Positions 10,843 through 20,904 of a stretch of DNA of 64,000 nucleotides are shown here, piece after piece. Below the pieces are notes generated by a model, which saw only the letters and a program-made list of their open reading frames with translations, did not search any database and was not told where the DNA came from. The stretch comes from an uncultured cyanobacterium (GTDB taxonomy: Bacteria > Cyanobacteriota > Cyanobacteriia > Cyanobacteriales > Nostocaceae), in contig CAVUDP010000003.1 in assembly GCA_963740315.1 (NCBI GenBank), positions 352,001 to 416,000 on the forward strand. Reading direction: 5' to 3'. The position numbers were made by a program, and so were the translations under genes. Numbering within the stretch: the first letter of the stretch is position 1; each line of letters starts with the position of its first letter.

Positions 10843-11886
10843 TTACTCAAATTCAGTTTCGCAAAACTCTTTCAATAAATCGATACAGTTGGCGATCGCG
10901 CCTAAATGTGCAATTTCATAACCATGCGTGTTTTGAGTCGGAAAGCTTAAACAGGCACCACGGGGTACATGACCGAATTTCATGGCAATTGAAGCGTCGC
11001 TGCCGAACTGGCTCAATGTTGCTAATTGTACCGGCATATCTATTTTTTCCGCACAATCACGCAGTTGTCTGTTAAGGTTTTCATCGTAAATTCCGTAGCT
11101 ATCTTGAGAAAGTATTACCGGGTTTTCACTATCTTCTATCGGGTATTCGGGAGAAAGCGGACAAATTTCTAAAGCGATCATTACATCTAATCGCTGATTT
11201 TGAGAGAAATAAAGCGCTCCGATTGCTCCTACTTCTTCTTTTGCGGAAGCTACTAAATATACGTCTACTGCTGGTTGTTTTATCTTTTCTGCTAAAGCTA
11301 ATAATATAGTTACCGAAGCTTTATTATCTAATGTGTAGCTGGCAATATGATCTTTTAAACGAATGGGATGCTTGCGGTGCTTACTTATAACCATTCTTGT
11401 TCCAGGACGAATACCAGCATTTTCTAATTCTAAGGTGCTACACTTAGTTTCAATCCAAGCATCTTCCCATTTGACTGCAACATCTTGCTGAAAAACTTTT
11501 TGTGGCGATTCGTGGGATACGTGACGGGAACCGAAACTGAGAACACCGTGAATAGTTTCTTTATCTCCTAATAAATCCACTACACCTTCACCGTAAACCC
11601 AGGGATAAGCACCTCCTAACTTACGAACTTCGACTCTACCTGCTTCGCCAATAGTTTTAACGATTGCGCCAATTTCATCTTTGTGAGCGGTAATTGTGAT
11701 CGGATATTCGGAACTTTTTCCGGGAATTTTGGCAATAATATTATCGGCTCTATCTTGCCATACTTCAACTCCTAAACCTGTAAATCGCTGCATTAAATAT
11801 TGGTTAATTTCAGTTTCTGCACCACTAGGAGAATGATGCATGACTAATTCTTCAATAGTTTTAAATAATTGCTCGTAATCCGACAT
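10843..11886 (-). CDS. M42 family metallopeptidase
   Basis: SPSGAE, AHKDEIG, LDNK, KEEVG and THGYE metal-binding motifs. Confidence 0.88.
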   Translation of the reverse strand: MSDYEQLFKTIEELVMHHSPSGAETEINQYLMQRFTGLGVEVWQDRADNIIAKIPGKSSEYPITITAHKDEIGAIVKTIGEAGRVEVRKLGGAYPWVYGEGVVDLLGDKETIHGVLSFGSRHVSHESPQKVFQQDVAVKWEDAWIETKCSTLELENAGIRPGTRMVISKHRKHPIRLKDHIASYTLDNKASVTILLALAEKIKQPAVDVYLVASAKEEVGAIGALYFSQNQRLDVMIALEICPLSPEYPIEDSENPVILSQDSYGIYDENLNRQLRDCAEKIDMPVQLATLSQFGSDASIAMKFGHVPRGACLSFPTQNTHGYEIAHLGAIANCIDLLKEFCETEFE

Positions 11887-12018
11887 TATTAATTTATAAT
11901 TCTCATATTAACTTGTAATTGTAGTTTGGTTTAGACACTGAATTTAATTTAACTTATGATTCGTAGTAGTGACTTTAGTCCTAAAGCCGAGGACTTTAGT
12001 CCTTACTACAAACTTTTA

Positions 12019-13107
12019 TTAACGAACTTTGCTTTTGCGTTTGCGCTTTAATACTCCTATCGTACCTATTGCACCAAAAGCTAAGGTGCTTAACACGGTA
12101 GAAGGTTCGGGAACAGTTTCATGTTTAATTGCACTCAACGTTGCATCTGCTACTAAACGATGACTTTTTGAACTTGGATGGAAAGTATCAAAGAAGATAA
12201 ATTCGTTGGGATCTATAGATTCAGAGAAAACAATTCCTTGAGGGTTTTGGCAGTCATCTATAATATCACCAACAACTCCTACCACACAAGAACTAGCTGG
12301 ATCTTGGCTAAAACCAAATTCTCCTGGATTGGCTACTACTTGATTAAATAAAGAATTAACGTCAACAGGAATGATATTAACATCTGAATTCCCAGCAAAA
12401 CCATCTAAAGTTTGCTCTAATAAAGCGTTATGACTTTGGGTAAGTTGAGTTAATTGAGCAGAAGTGTTTGAGGCGATAACCCCAGGGGTTGACGCTTCGC
12501 GTAACGCAGATGGAAGTTGACCTAAATCCGGTATGTTAAATACGGCGATATTTTTAGCACCTACTTGAGTTAATCCTCCGATTGCATTCGATAGATTGCT
12601 AACTGTTTGATTGGGATCTGTAACGCCACCAAATAAGTAATCATTCGCACCTCCCCACACTGTATAAAATGCATTTGGATCTGCTTGTTGATTATTTGTC
12701 TGTAAGTTTTGAGTAAATAAACCAACTTGCCCTAAAACTCCTGGTAAACCTGAATCGGGATTTAAAGCATTATTTAAACCAGAAGAAGAACCACTTACAG
12801 CAAAGTTAACACCATCTGTAGGAATACTTGTTTGTGGTGGAATGAATGTAGTAGGAGTTAATCCGATCTCATCTCCAACAAAATCTACCCAGATATCACC
12901 ATTTGAAAAACGCCCTGGAGCATAAGGAGGATTGGGAGGAATTGCAGTTTCAGGACTTACTAAACCTCCTGTAGCATTAAATAAATTACCCGTATCGGAG
13001 AGACTATCGCCAAATACGTAGAATTGACTAAAGTTGCTAGCCATTGCTTTACAAGGCAGCATAAATGAGAAGAGAACAAATCCTGCCGTTGCGAATGCTT
13101 TTTTCAT
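12019..13107 (-). CDS. SGNH/GDSL hydrolase with PEP-CTERM sorting signal
   Basis: FGDSLSD, GRFSNG, GGANDY and DTFHP motifs, a signal peptide, and C-terminal VPEPST + TM + KRKRK. Confidence 0.93.
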   Translation of the reverse strand: MKKAFATAGFVLFSFMLPCKAMASNFSQFYVFGDSLSDTGNLFNATGGLVSPETAIPPNPPYAPGRFSNGDIWVDFVGDEIGLTPTTFIPPQTSIPTDGVNFAVSGSSSGLNNALNPDSGLPGVLGQVGLFTQNLQTNNQQADPNAFYTVWGGANDYLFGGVTDPNQTVSNLSNAIGGLTQVGAKNIAVFNIPDLGQLPSALREASTPGVIASNTSAQLTQLTQSHNALLEQTLDGFAGNSDVNIIPVDVNSLFNQVVANPGEFGFSQDPASSCVVGVVGDIIDDCQNPQGIVFSESIDPNEFIFFDTFHPSSKSHRLVADATLSAIKHETVPEPSTVLSTLAFGAIGTIGVLKRKRKSKVR

Positions 13108-13398
13108 ACTAATTTTATTCCTTTAGATATTACGCAAATTCCCTTAGTCAAGGAAGAATTTGTAAAGGGCTTTCTATTTAATTTTACTTACTTGTAGCTT
13201 ACGTATTGATATCATACAAATCACCGTATAGTCACTAAGACATGACATACTTACAAGGTTTTTACAATTAATATTTTTTTGATGAAGATATGGTTAAATA
13301 TTCATATTTACTGCATAAATCACGAGGCTTGGATAAAACCTCTGTAATGCTTAATATTCGGTTGTTACGTAATTAAAGTTTAAATTTTCAATTACTTG

Positions 13399-14721
13399 CT
13401 ATTGCTTTAATTTCAAAGCTTCTTTAGCCGAGATTCCATCACTTTCGGTACCGAAATACCATAAAGCAGCAGCAGCTTCGGCGCGAGTTACAGCTTTTTT
13501 TGGTTGAAATAATGTTGTGTAGCCGAATACTCTACGAATGTTTGAATTTTCGCCATTTTGATAATCTGCTAACACTGCTCGTAAGACTTTGGGGTCGATT
13601 TTTGCTGTATCTTGAAAACCCCAAGTTTGTTTGACTGCATCCAAGGAAGCATTAGGTAAACCTTGACGGGTATCAAGAGGAATTTTCCACAAAAGCATTT
13701 GTTCTCTGGTTAACGGTGCATCTGGACGAAATAAAACTTGTGTGGAATCGCCAGATAAAGAACTGGGAATTAATCCAGCTTCGGCTAATCCTTGAATTGC
13801 GGCAAAATCGGGATCTGTATTTTTCACGTCGCTAAAAGCACTTTTATTGCTGGCTCCCGCTAAGCGAATTTGCTTAGATTGTGAGTTGGCGTGCATGGCG
13901 TTATTTGCAGCAACCAACCACCGAGCGTATTCCCGACGGGTAATATTTGTATTGGGTTGAAATTGATTTGCAGGATTATTGGTTTTTGCAGTATTAGTCG
14001 GAGCGGTAACAGCACCTAATGTTGCTAAATCCTGGATATATGGTTGTAATTCTTGAGGTGCTTTGTTTAAATCGTCAAATTCCTGCGATTCAAAATTGGT
14101 TTGCGAAGTATTTTGTGCTTGAGTTGCTGTATTCTCAGGTTGTACGGGACCAATAAAATCCGGATTTGTTGTGTTTGAAGGAGTTGGGGTAGTTTGCGCT
14201 GTGGTACTAGGTGAATACTCGATTACTAATTCAGTAGTTGTTTGCGGTTGGTTTGGTTGTGGGTTAGTGAGAGTTTTTGGTTCGATAGCAACTTTAATTT
14301 CTGAATTATTACGCTCTGCAACAAAATCTCCTTGTCCATCTTCAGGTGATTTTATAACTTCCCACTTATTCGATCTAAATTCTTTGCGATAAAAATCAGC
14401 TATAAAATTACTGGGATCTGAACTAGTCCAGCGAGCGGATATTTTCCCTGTATTACCGCTACTTGGGGTAACTGACTGTAATTGAGCGTTGGGATATATC
14501 GGAATTTCTTTTGGGAAATCATCGGGTAAGCTTTTTGCAGGTGATGAGGGATTATCATTTACTGGCTTCGTACTGAAAATAGCTGGGTTATCTTCGAGTC
14601 TAGAATCAGCTTGTAGGGATTTCTCCAGATTTTTTGCAAAGGGAGCATTTGCACAACCCGTTAAGGTTGAGAATAAGACAGCCAAACTTAAAAATACACC
14701 TCGATATTTACAGTGCAGCAC
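13399..14721 (-). CDS. Lipoprotein with S-layer homology domains
   Basis: Lipobox LTGC and SLH motifs FQPNTNITRREYA, FRPDAPLTREQ and FQPKKAVTRAEAA. Confidence 0.88.
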   Translation of the reverse strand: MLHCKYRGVFLSLAVLFSTLTGCANAPFAKNLEKSLQADSRLEDNPAIFSTKPVNDNPSSPAKSLPDDFPKEIPIYPNAQLQSVTPSSGNTGKISARWTSSDPSNFIADFYRKEFRSNKWEVIKSPEDGQGDFVAERNNSEIKVAIEPKTLTNPQPNQPQTTTELVIEYSPSTTAQTTPTPSNTTNPDFIGPVQPENTATQAQNTSQTNFESQEFDDLNKAPQELQPYIQDLATLGAVTAPTNTAKTNNPANQFQPNTNITRREYARWLVAANNAMHANSQSKQIRLAGASNKSAFSDVKNTDPDFAAIQGLAEAGLIPSSLSGDSTQVLFRPDAPLTREQMLLWKIPLDTRQGLPNASLDAVKQTWGFQDTAKIDPKVLRAVLADYQNGENSNIRRVFGYTTLFQPKKAVTRAEAAAALWYFGTESDGISAKEALKLKQ

Positions 14722-14798
14722 GGGAAATTATTTATAAGACTTCAACTATTACAGTAGCGCAGACTGAGAGTTAGTTATTAGTTGTTAGTGGTTAGTTT

Positions 14799-14990
14799 GT
14801 AGGTTGGGTTAGGCGTATCAAAAGGTAAGGTTTTTACTAATAATCTATAAAAAGCGCCGTAACCCAACATCGTATCTTTTCTCGATTTTGTACCGACTTA
14901 CTTATCCAAAACTCTAATGTTGGGTTACGACACTATGAATATAAATTCTCGTTACAAGTTAAATCGGTTTTCGTGTCTAACCCAACCTAC
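14799..14990. repeat. REPIN-like element (GTAGGTTGGGTT...AACCCAACCTAC)
   Basis: Terminal inverted repeat with an internal CGTAACCCAACA / TGTTGGGTTACG pair. Homologous to 40871-41062 and 42454-42646. Confidence 0.8.
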
Positions 14991-15023
14991 AAACTACAAA
15001 CTACAAACTTAATCAAGTTTTAG

Positions 15024-15353
15024 CTAACTTTCTTCTCCTAAGTCTTCATCTAAAATAGCATTAATATCTCTTCGACCATGTAGAACTCTCAAAATTTCTA
15101 TATCAGTATCTCTTGTCCGATAAAAGACTAAATAATTTCTAAAACCCTTAATTGGTTGTTGACGAACATTAGCTAAATTGGGATTATCAAACTCGCGCAC
15201 CCTGCCCATTTTTGGAGTTTGAGCTAACTGCTTAAAAGTTTCTTCAGCAGCAGCCAAAAATTTATCCGAAACATCCATATTATCAGCAGCAATATAAGTC
15301 GCTAAATCAATTAAGTCACGGATAACTTGGGGATGTTTATAAACATTACCCAT
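15024..15353 (-). CDS. parE: ParE/RelE family toxin
   Basis: DLIDLATYIA...LAQTPKMG...YLVFYR...IEILRVLHGRRD. Overlaps the antitoxin stop. Confidence 0.9.
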   Translation of the reverse strand: MGNVYKHPQVIRDLIDLATYIAADNMDVSDKFLAAAEETFKQLAQTPKMGRVREFDNPNLANVRQQPIKGFRNYLVFYRTRDTDIEILRVLHGRRDINAILDEDLGEES

Positions 15354-15618
15354 TGGTATTTAAACCTTCATCCCCTTGAACTTTTGACCGCACCACTTGA
15401 CGAATATCATCCCAATCTTGTTCAGTTAATGGTGTTGCACTTCCAGAATTTAATCCTTCTAGCAATAAAGTCTCTAAACGTTCTTTCTCTTTACGTTTTT
15501 GGTCTTGACGCACTAACTCACGGAAATATTCGCTAATAGTACTATAACCACCACCTGCAACCTGCTTCTCTATGTAAGCACGCATCGTATCCGGTAGAGA
15601 AATATTAATACTTTTCAT
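15346..15618 (-). CDS. parD: ParD-like ribbon-helix-helix antitoxin
   Basis: INISLPDTMRAYIEKQVAGGGYSTISEYFRELVRQDQ...LLLEGLNSG. Confidence 0.9.
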   Translation of the reverse strand: MKSINISLPDTMRAYIEKQVAGGGYSTISEYFRELVRQDQKRKEKERLETLLLEGLNSGSATPLTEQDWDDIRQVVRSKVQGDEGLNTNG

Positions 15619-15645
15619 GACTATCTGAGACTCTTTCGCTTTATT

Positions 15646-15672
15646 ATGGCAATTTATGCCATTTTATGCCAT
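15646..15672. promoter_or_regulatory. Putative ParD operator
   Basis: Inverted repeat ATGGCA-ATTTA-TGCCAT plus a direct repeat of TTATGCCAT about 30-55 nt upstream of parD. Confidence 0.5.
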
Positions 15673-15732
15673 GCTTGACTACGAATCAAAACCGAAACCT
15701 GAAAAGTCCTATCACTGGTAAAGCAAGAATTT

Positions 15733-15768
15733 GTAGGTTGGGTTGAGCCACACCAAAACCCAACCTAC
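15733..15768. repeat. Short REP doublet (GTAGGTTGGGTT...AACCCAACCTAC)
   Basis: 12-bp terminal inverted repeat of the same family as 14799. Confidence 0.75.
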
Positions 15769-15806
15769 TAACTTTACAAAGAACTGGAACGGTTATATGT
15801 TAGATA

Positions 15807-18530
15807 TTACAAGTCGCAACGCGAGAAAAGATGCTTTAAACCAAATAAGCTCGCCAACGGCCACTGCCCATCATTTCCTTTACTCAAAACTCTGTTGAAG
15901 CCCTCATACCGCTCGCCTAAAAAGAGGGCACTGTCAGAAGGAAGGTCCATGCCAATATCGGTTCCACTATAGATACTGGATTGCATCTGTATGGGTAATT
16001 TTCCCCTTATCGTCTCTCGGTTAGATTCTCTACCTAAATCTCTTGAAAAAATATCTTCGTAACTCACCCAGCCTTCTGAGCCTGACCTTGCATCTTCTCT
16101 TTTGTTATTGTACCATCCTACTACGCTAGCAAAACGCAACAAATTATTAATGCTAGCAAAACCCAACAAATTATCAATATCAGAACTTCCTTCTGGCACG
16201 ATTTTGTTTCCTGTCTCAACCAAAATTTTCTTTTGCACGCTGAAACCAAAATAGCCACTGGAATTATTTACCCATAATTTATCGATTTGTTTCAATTCCT
16301 CGCAGAAGTAAGATATGCCCTTTATTCGGACTTCGGGATAAAATTTTCGGACTTCGGGATATATTTCTCTTTCTCCATCAGCAATAAAATCCATAAGTGT
16401 GTCTGTAACCCCGTTAGCTACACTCCAATTTTTTGATTTCAAAAAGTTTTCTAGTTTGGCATAAAAGTGTTCTTTTAGAGAATTCCAAACTTCTTGATCG
16501 TGATATGACTGTAGCTTAAGTAATTCTCGATGAACTGATTCAATATCTTCTGTTGTAAGAATTTTATCCTTGACAAAAGGATTAGTTTCAGTGGGATACT
16601 TTTTCAAAATATAAAATGCTTCAGAATAAGCATTTATTGCTTTTTGTTTAGATTTCTCAACGAATAATTTTCCTTGATTAGCTTTGACTAAAACTTTTAT
16701 TTGTAACCCTTCTGAAGAGGTAGTATTATTTCCTTGTTTGTTTAAATATTTCAGACTTTCAGCTAAATTGTTTTCGGCTTTTTTTTGATATCCAATATTT
16801 TTATCTTTTTGTTCTTTAGTTTCATCTTTATTTGCAAGACTTTGATAAGCTTGCGACATAGAAGCTAATAACATGGCTTGTTTCAGGTTATGGTCATTTA
16901 CTCTAAAGGATAAACCAGCCTGTCTTAAAGCTTCATCTGATTCAGCAGTGAGATTTTCATTGCGTAACTCTCCGGCTAATTCAGATAGTGATTGGACAGT
17001 TTCAACATTTTTCTTTACTGAAGCAAGCTTATAACCTTCCCTTGCTGCAAATACTCCTAAACTCACTGCTCCCAACAAAGCCAAAACTAAAACAACAGTC
17101 CCATTCCGAATCCGTCGTTTCGCTTTAATATTTGCTTCACTCAATACCAAATTTCTCTTTTCCGCTGCTTCTCTATCCTTCCCCTCCCTTTCTAATTCCG
17201 CTTCTTTATTCCTAACAGCTATTTCCTTCTCTCTACTAGCTGCTACAAATTGTTTATCTTCATAACCTAAATTCTTATCTTTAGCCCATTCCTCAGCATC
17301 TACTAAAGCCTTTCCTTGTAAAAGCCGAGATTCATCACTATATCCAGATGCAACCCAAAATCGAAAAGCTTCCGAATATGGACGCAGATTCTTTAATTGA
17401 GTTTCTACCCAATTTTGATTAAAAACCTGTTGATAAACTCGATTATAAACTCTTAACTTACCTTCTCTTTGAACAACTAAACCAGATAATCTTAATTCAC
17501 TAGATTCAAGATTCTTATTAGCAGCGACTTCTCCCTGTTGTTGAATCTGCTGGTACAATTCCAACAAATATCCCGCTCGTTGCTCCGAGGAAAGAATTCT
17601 ATCCCTGATAGTTCGTAAATGTTCCGGATCATCCTGGGATTCCCAATTCTCAATAATCCGCTTATTTACCACCTCCCTTACCAAAACAGAATAATTTTCA
17701 TCGACTTTTGACTTTTGACTTTTGACTTTTGACTTCCGCGAAGCGGCTGACTCTTCTACCATGAATTTACATAATTTTTGAGTCAGAAATGGTTGTCCTC
17801 CCGTCCAATCAAGAATTTCAGTCATTATCACTTGAGGGCGATCGCACTTTTCTCGCAACCCCTTAATTAACGGTTCAACTTCATCAAATTTAAAACCATG
17901 TAATTCTATTGCTTCCCCAATATTAAAAGGAGTTTGAGTTTTATTCTCAATCAAATCACCGGGAGTCGCTACTCCCAATAAAGCAAAAGTTAATCGTTGA
18001 AAGATGGGATTATCAACCCGTTGATTCTGAAAAAACCGAATTAGTGCAAAAAAATCATCTAATGAAAAATCTTGACTCAACACCTTGTCAATTTCATCCA
18101 CAAAAATGACTATTGGTTGCTGAATCTTTGCTAATAAAACCTTTTCAATAAATAAACTCAAACATTGCACTGGTGAAAGAATAGTTTGATGTTTTTGCCA
18201 CCATTCCTGCCAATCAAAATCAAATTTATCTTCCAACTGACAGCTTTCTGATAAATTGTAAACAATTCCCCCATACCACTGTTGTTGTGTTACATTCCCA
18301 ATTCCCGTCAAATCAATTGCAGCACAGATAGTTCCTTGTTTTTGTAACCGCTGCATAGTCTGTACCCGCAAACTAGACTTACCCATTTGTCGCGAATTTA
18401 AGACGTAACAAAATTTACCAGCCCGCAACTTTTGGTAAAATTCCTCGTCTGCTTGCCGCTTTACATAACTGGGAGCATCAACTGGGAGACTGGCTCCTAT
18501 TTGGTAGAAGTTGGAATTGGTTGGTGTCAT
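15807..18530 (-). CDS. AAA_35 (STAND-like) NTPase with coiled coil, TM helix and C-terminal GUN4-like domain
   Basis: DAPSYVKRQAD, Walker A SRQMGKSS, Walker B IFVDEID, WTGGQPFLTQKLC and a TM (VVLVLALLGAVSLGVFAA). GUN4-like CEELKQIDKLWVNNSSGYFGFSVQKKI...GW...GKLP...LFSRCDL. Confidence 0.88.
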   Translation of the reverse strand: MTPTNSNFYQIGASLPVDAPSYVKRQADEEFYQKLRAGKFCYVLNSRQMGKSSLRVQTMQRLQKQGTICAAIDLTGIGNVTQQQWYGGIVYNLSESCQLEDKFDFDWQEWWQKHQTILSPVQCLSLFIEKVLLAKIQQPIVIFVDEIDKVLSQDFSLDDFFALIRFFQNQRVDNPIFQRLTFALLGVATPGDLIENKTQTPFNIGEAIELHGFKFDEVEPLIKGLREKCDRPQVIMTEILDWTGGQPFLTQKLCKFMVEESAASRKSKVKSQKSKVDENYSVLVREVVNKRIIENWESQDDPEHLRTIRDRILSSEQRAGYLLELYQQIQQQGEVAANKNLESSELRLSGLVVQREGKLRVYNRVYQQVFNQNWVETQLKNLRPYSEAFRFWVASGYSDESRLLQGKALVDAEEWAKDKNLGYEDKQFVAASREKEIAVRNKEAELEREGKDREAAEKRNLVLSEANIKAKRRIRNGTVVLVLALLGAVSLGVFAAREGYKLASVKKNVETVQSLSELAGELRNENLTAESDEALRQAGLSFRVNDHNLKQAMLLASMSQAYQSLANKDETKEQKDKNIGYQKKAENNLAESLKYLNKQGNNTTSSEGLQIKVLVKANQGKLFVEKSKQKAINAYSEAFYILKKYPTETNPFVKDKILTTEDIESVHRELLKLQSYHDQEVWNSLKEHFYAKLENFLKSKNWSVANGVTDTLMDFIADGEREIYPEVRKFYPEVRIKGISYFCEELKQIDKLWVNNSSGYFGFSVQKKILVETGNKIVPEGSSDIDNLLGFASINNLLRFASVVGWYNNKREDARSGSEGWVSYEDIFSRDLGRESNRETIRGKLPIQMQSSIYSGTDIGMDLPSDSALFLGERYEGFNRVLSKGNDGQWPLASLFGLKHLFSRCDL

Positions 18531-18573
18531 TGTTACAGTTACTTAGGTAAGTCAGCGTAAAACATTAAAGGTA

Positions 18574-18748
18574 TGTCATTGCGAGTGGAACGAAGCAATC
18601 GCAGGGATTTCGTTATTTTTACACTATTGCGATTGCTTCGTCGTACCTCCTCGCAATGACAGGAGTATAGTTACTTTCCTAGTGCGTTGTCAGCCGTATT
18701 ATTTGCTTTATCGTCGTACCTCCTCGCAATGACAGGAGTATAGTTACT
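18574..18748. repeat. Palindromic element TGTCATTGCGAG...CTCGCAATGACA with a 38-bp partial duplication
   Basis: Terminal inverted repeat spans 18574-18661 with internal GAAGCAATC/GATTGCTTC. 18638-18675 is repeated at 18711-18748. A relative lies at 61227-61322. Confidence 0.8.
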
Positions 18749-18750
18749 GC

Positions 18751-20904
18751 TTACAACACCCTCCGAAAATAATCGCGATATAGTTGACACCTTGGTGTAA
18801 CGTGATTATTTTCACGAATTACTAATCCTAAACTGTGTAATTTATAAATTTCCATAGAATCTAATTCCACTCCCGCAGTTGAGTTAACTACTTGTTTAAA
18901 AGCTTGTACTAAATCCGGTGCTGAACGTAGTATATCTAATACATAACGCAGGTGATTGCGATAAATCCCAGCTTCTGTTGTTGCCGATCGCAATAAATCT
19001 TCTAAGGTTGTCTTTCCCGCTACAATGTCATACATTGCCAACCGTAACAAGTAAGGATGTCCTCCTACCATTCTCCTTAACTCTGGGAGCAGATTATCCT
19101 GGGTATTGATACCATGTCTCGTCGCTAAATCTTCTACTTGCTGCCGATCAAACTCTTGTAATTCTATGGGAACACCAGCATTAAAAGGTGATTGATGGTA
19201 ATCCAAGGGAATATAAACTTCGGTAGAATGAGCTAACACCAACCGCAGTCGTTTCCAAAGTTCAGAAATCTTACCTTTTTCATGCCAAGAGCGCAACATC
19301 CCGAAGAAATCTTCTACTATTTCGCTATAGGGAAATAATCTATCGACTTCATCTAAAACTAATACTAAAGGGGAATTTATTGGTTTTAAGATGTACTTTT
19401 TAAAATAAGCCGTACAGTTGTCGTTACTACCTAAAAATGAAGTATTCCAAGCGCTATCGACTTGATTTTCAAGTTCAAGATCCAAAGAAACTTTACTACA
19501 CAACCAGCGGAGAAATTTATCCAAATTGGTAATGAATTCCTTATTCACACCACCCAAATCCAAATACACTGCTTGATAATTCAGCTTTTCTCCCTGAGCA
19601 ACAATCCGTCTCGCTAAAGAAGTTTTACCCATTAACTTTGGTGCTTTAATCCGAATTAAGGCAGCAGGTTTTTCTAAAGTTTGATAACAAAGAGACTCAA
19701 TACCATCCCTTTCTAAATAAAAAGGAGAATCGAGCGGTACAGCACCATCGGGATATTCCAACGACTGCATAAAAGTACTATTAATTATAGATTTTTGATT
19801 TTGCGATTGTGATTCTAAAGATTTTTCGTTGATAACATCCAAAATAATTCCGTCTTTTGCTCGCATAAAAAGTACTGGTGTAGCAAAATCCCGCTTATCT
19901 AATCCGACTTCCATCGAAATCGCATTGCGGGTTGATTGAATCGCTGCGTCTACCGGATAACCTAGCGCTAGAGTACGGTAAAATTCGTCTGTAAAAAGTT
20001 TGGCAGTAGAATCAAGTATCGTATATTGCATCGCTACAACTGCGGGAATTCCACGACGAACTAAGTTTGGTGCTGTGCCGCTCATAGCTTGATTTGAAGA
20101 GACTTTTGCACCTTGGCAGGAATTGAGAATCACCAAACCAATATTGCTATTTCCTAAGAAGAAATTGGCGAAACTCTCATCATCCAACAACTTGGATTTA
20201 CCATTATTATCTACAAGAGCAATGAAACCTTGATTATTTTCAAATACACCATGTCCGATAAAGTGCAAGATATTATAAGGCTTTTCTCGCAGCTTTTGGT
20301 TAATATTTTGGATAGTAGCAGCTTGTAAAATATCTAACTCAATTTCACCAGCTTCTATATGCTTCCCCAATGCTTCACGAATTAGTTTTTCTTCACCAAC
20401 AGCGTCTAAGGTGGCTAAATCAGTGGGAGTTGAGATAACTAACAAAACTTTGAGCGGTAAACTCGCTGCTTTAATATCCCGCTTTTGTAAAGGAATATCA
20501 ATATAACGAGAGACAACAGTTTCGGTGTTGTTTCCTAAAAAGGTATTAGTATCTTCATCGTAGAGAAATTCCCAGGGTAAGGAAGCTAATTCGGGAGATT
20601 CAAATATTAAACGCAAGCGGATGCTTTCTTGATTCGCTTGTGCGGCTGCTATGGTAGCGTGGAACCGAGCATTAATTTTATCGGGAAATAGTGCTTGGTA
20701 AAGTTGACTTCCTAAAGCTTTGAGCAATTCGCTATTTGTTTGTCCAGAGTTGATTAATTGTAAGCTCAGTTTAATTTGGTTATTTTGCCAGTGCAATTCA
20801 CCCGAAACCTCACCTTGTTCAGAAGAAGCGCGAATATGATGATTTTTATCAACTAATATTTGAAAATCTTGGTAATTCATTACGATTCGATTTGACATCA
20901 CCAC
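18751..20904 (-). CDS. CHAT (caspase-like) protease fused to AAA_35 NTPase
   Basis: LPWEFL, catalytic HFIGHG and LNSCQG, PAVVAMQ. Then YPDGAVPLDSPFYLER, Walker A APKLMGKTS, Walker B LVLDEVD and GGHPYL. Confidence 0.9.
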   Translation of the reverse strand: MVMSNRIVMNYQDFQILVDKNHHIRASSEQGEVSGELHWQNNQIKLSLQLINSGQTNSELLKALGSQLYQALFPDKINARFHATIAAAQANQESIRLRLIFESPELASLPWEFLYDEDTNTFLGNNTETVVSRYIDIPLQKRDIKAASLPLKVLLVISTPTDLATLDAVGEEKLIREALGKHIEAGEIELDILQAATIQNINQKLREKPYNILHFIGHGVFENNQGFIALVDNNGKSKLLDDESFANFFLGNSNIGLVILNSCQGAKVSSNQAMSGTAPNLVRRGIPAVVAMQYTILDSTAKLFTDEFYRTLALGYPVDAAIQSTRNAISMEVGLDKRDFATPVLFMRAKDGIILDVINEKSLESQSQNQKSIINSTFMQSLEYPDGAVPLDSPFYLERDGIESLCYQTLEKPAALIRIKAPKLMGKTSLARRIVAQGEKLNYQAVYLDLGGVNKEFITNLDKFLRWLCSKVSLDLELENQVDSAWNTSFLGSNDNCTAYFKKYILKPINSPLVLVLDEVDRLFPYSEIVEDFFGMLRSWHEKGKISELWKRLRLVLAHSTEVYIPLDYHQSPFNAGVPIELQEFDRQQVEDLATRHGINTQDNLLPELRRMVGGHPYLLRLAMYDIVAGKTTLEDLLRSATTEAGIYRNHLRYVLDILRSAPDLVQAFKQVVNSTAGVELDSMEIYKLHSLGLVIRENNHVTPRCQLYRDYFRRVL

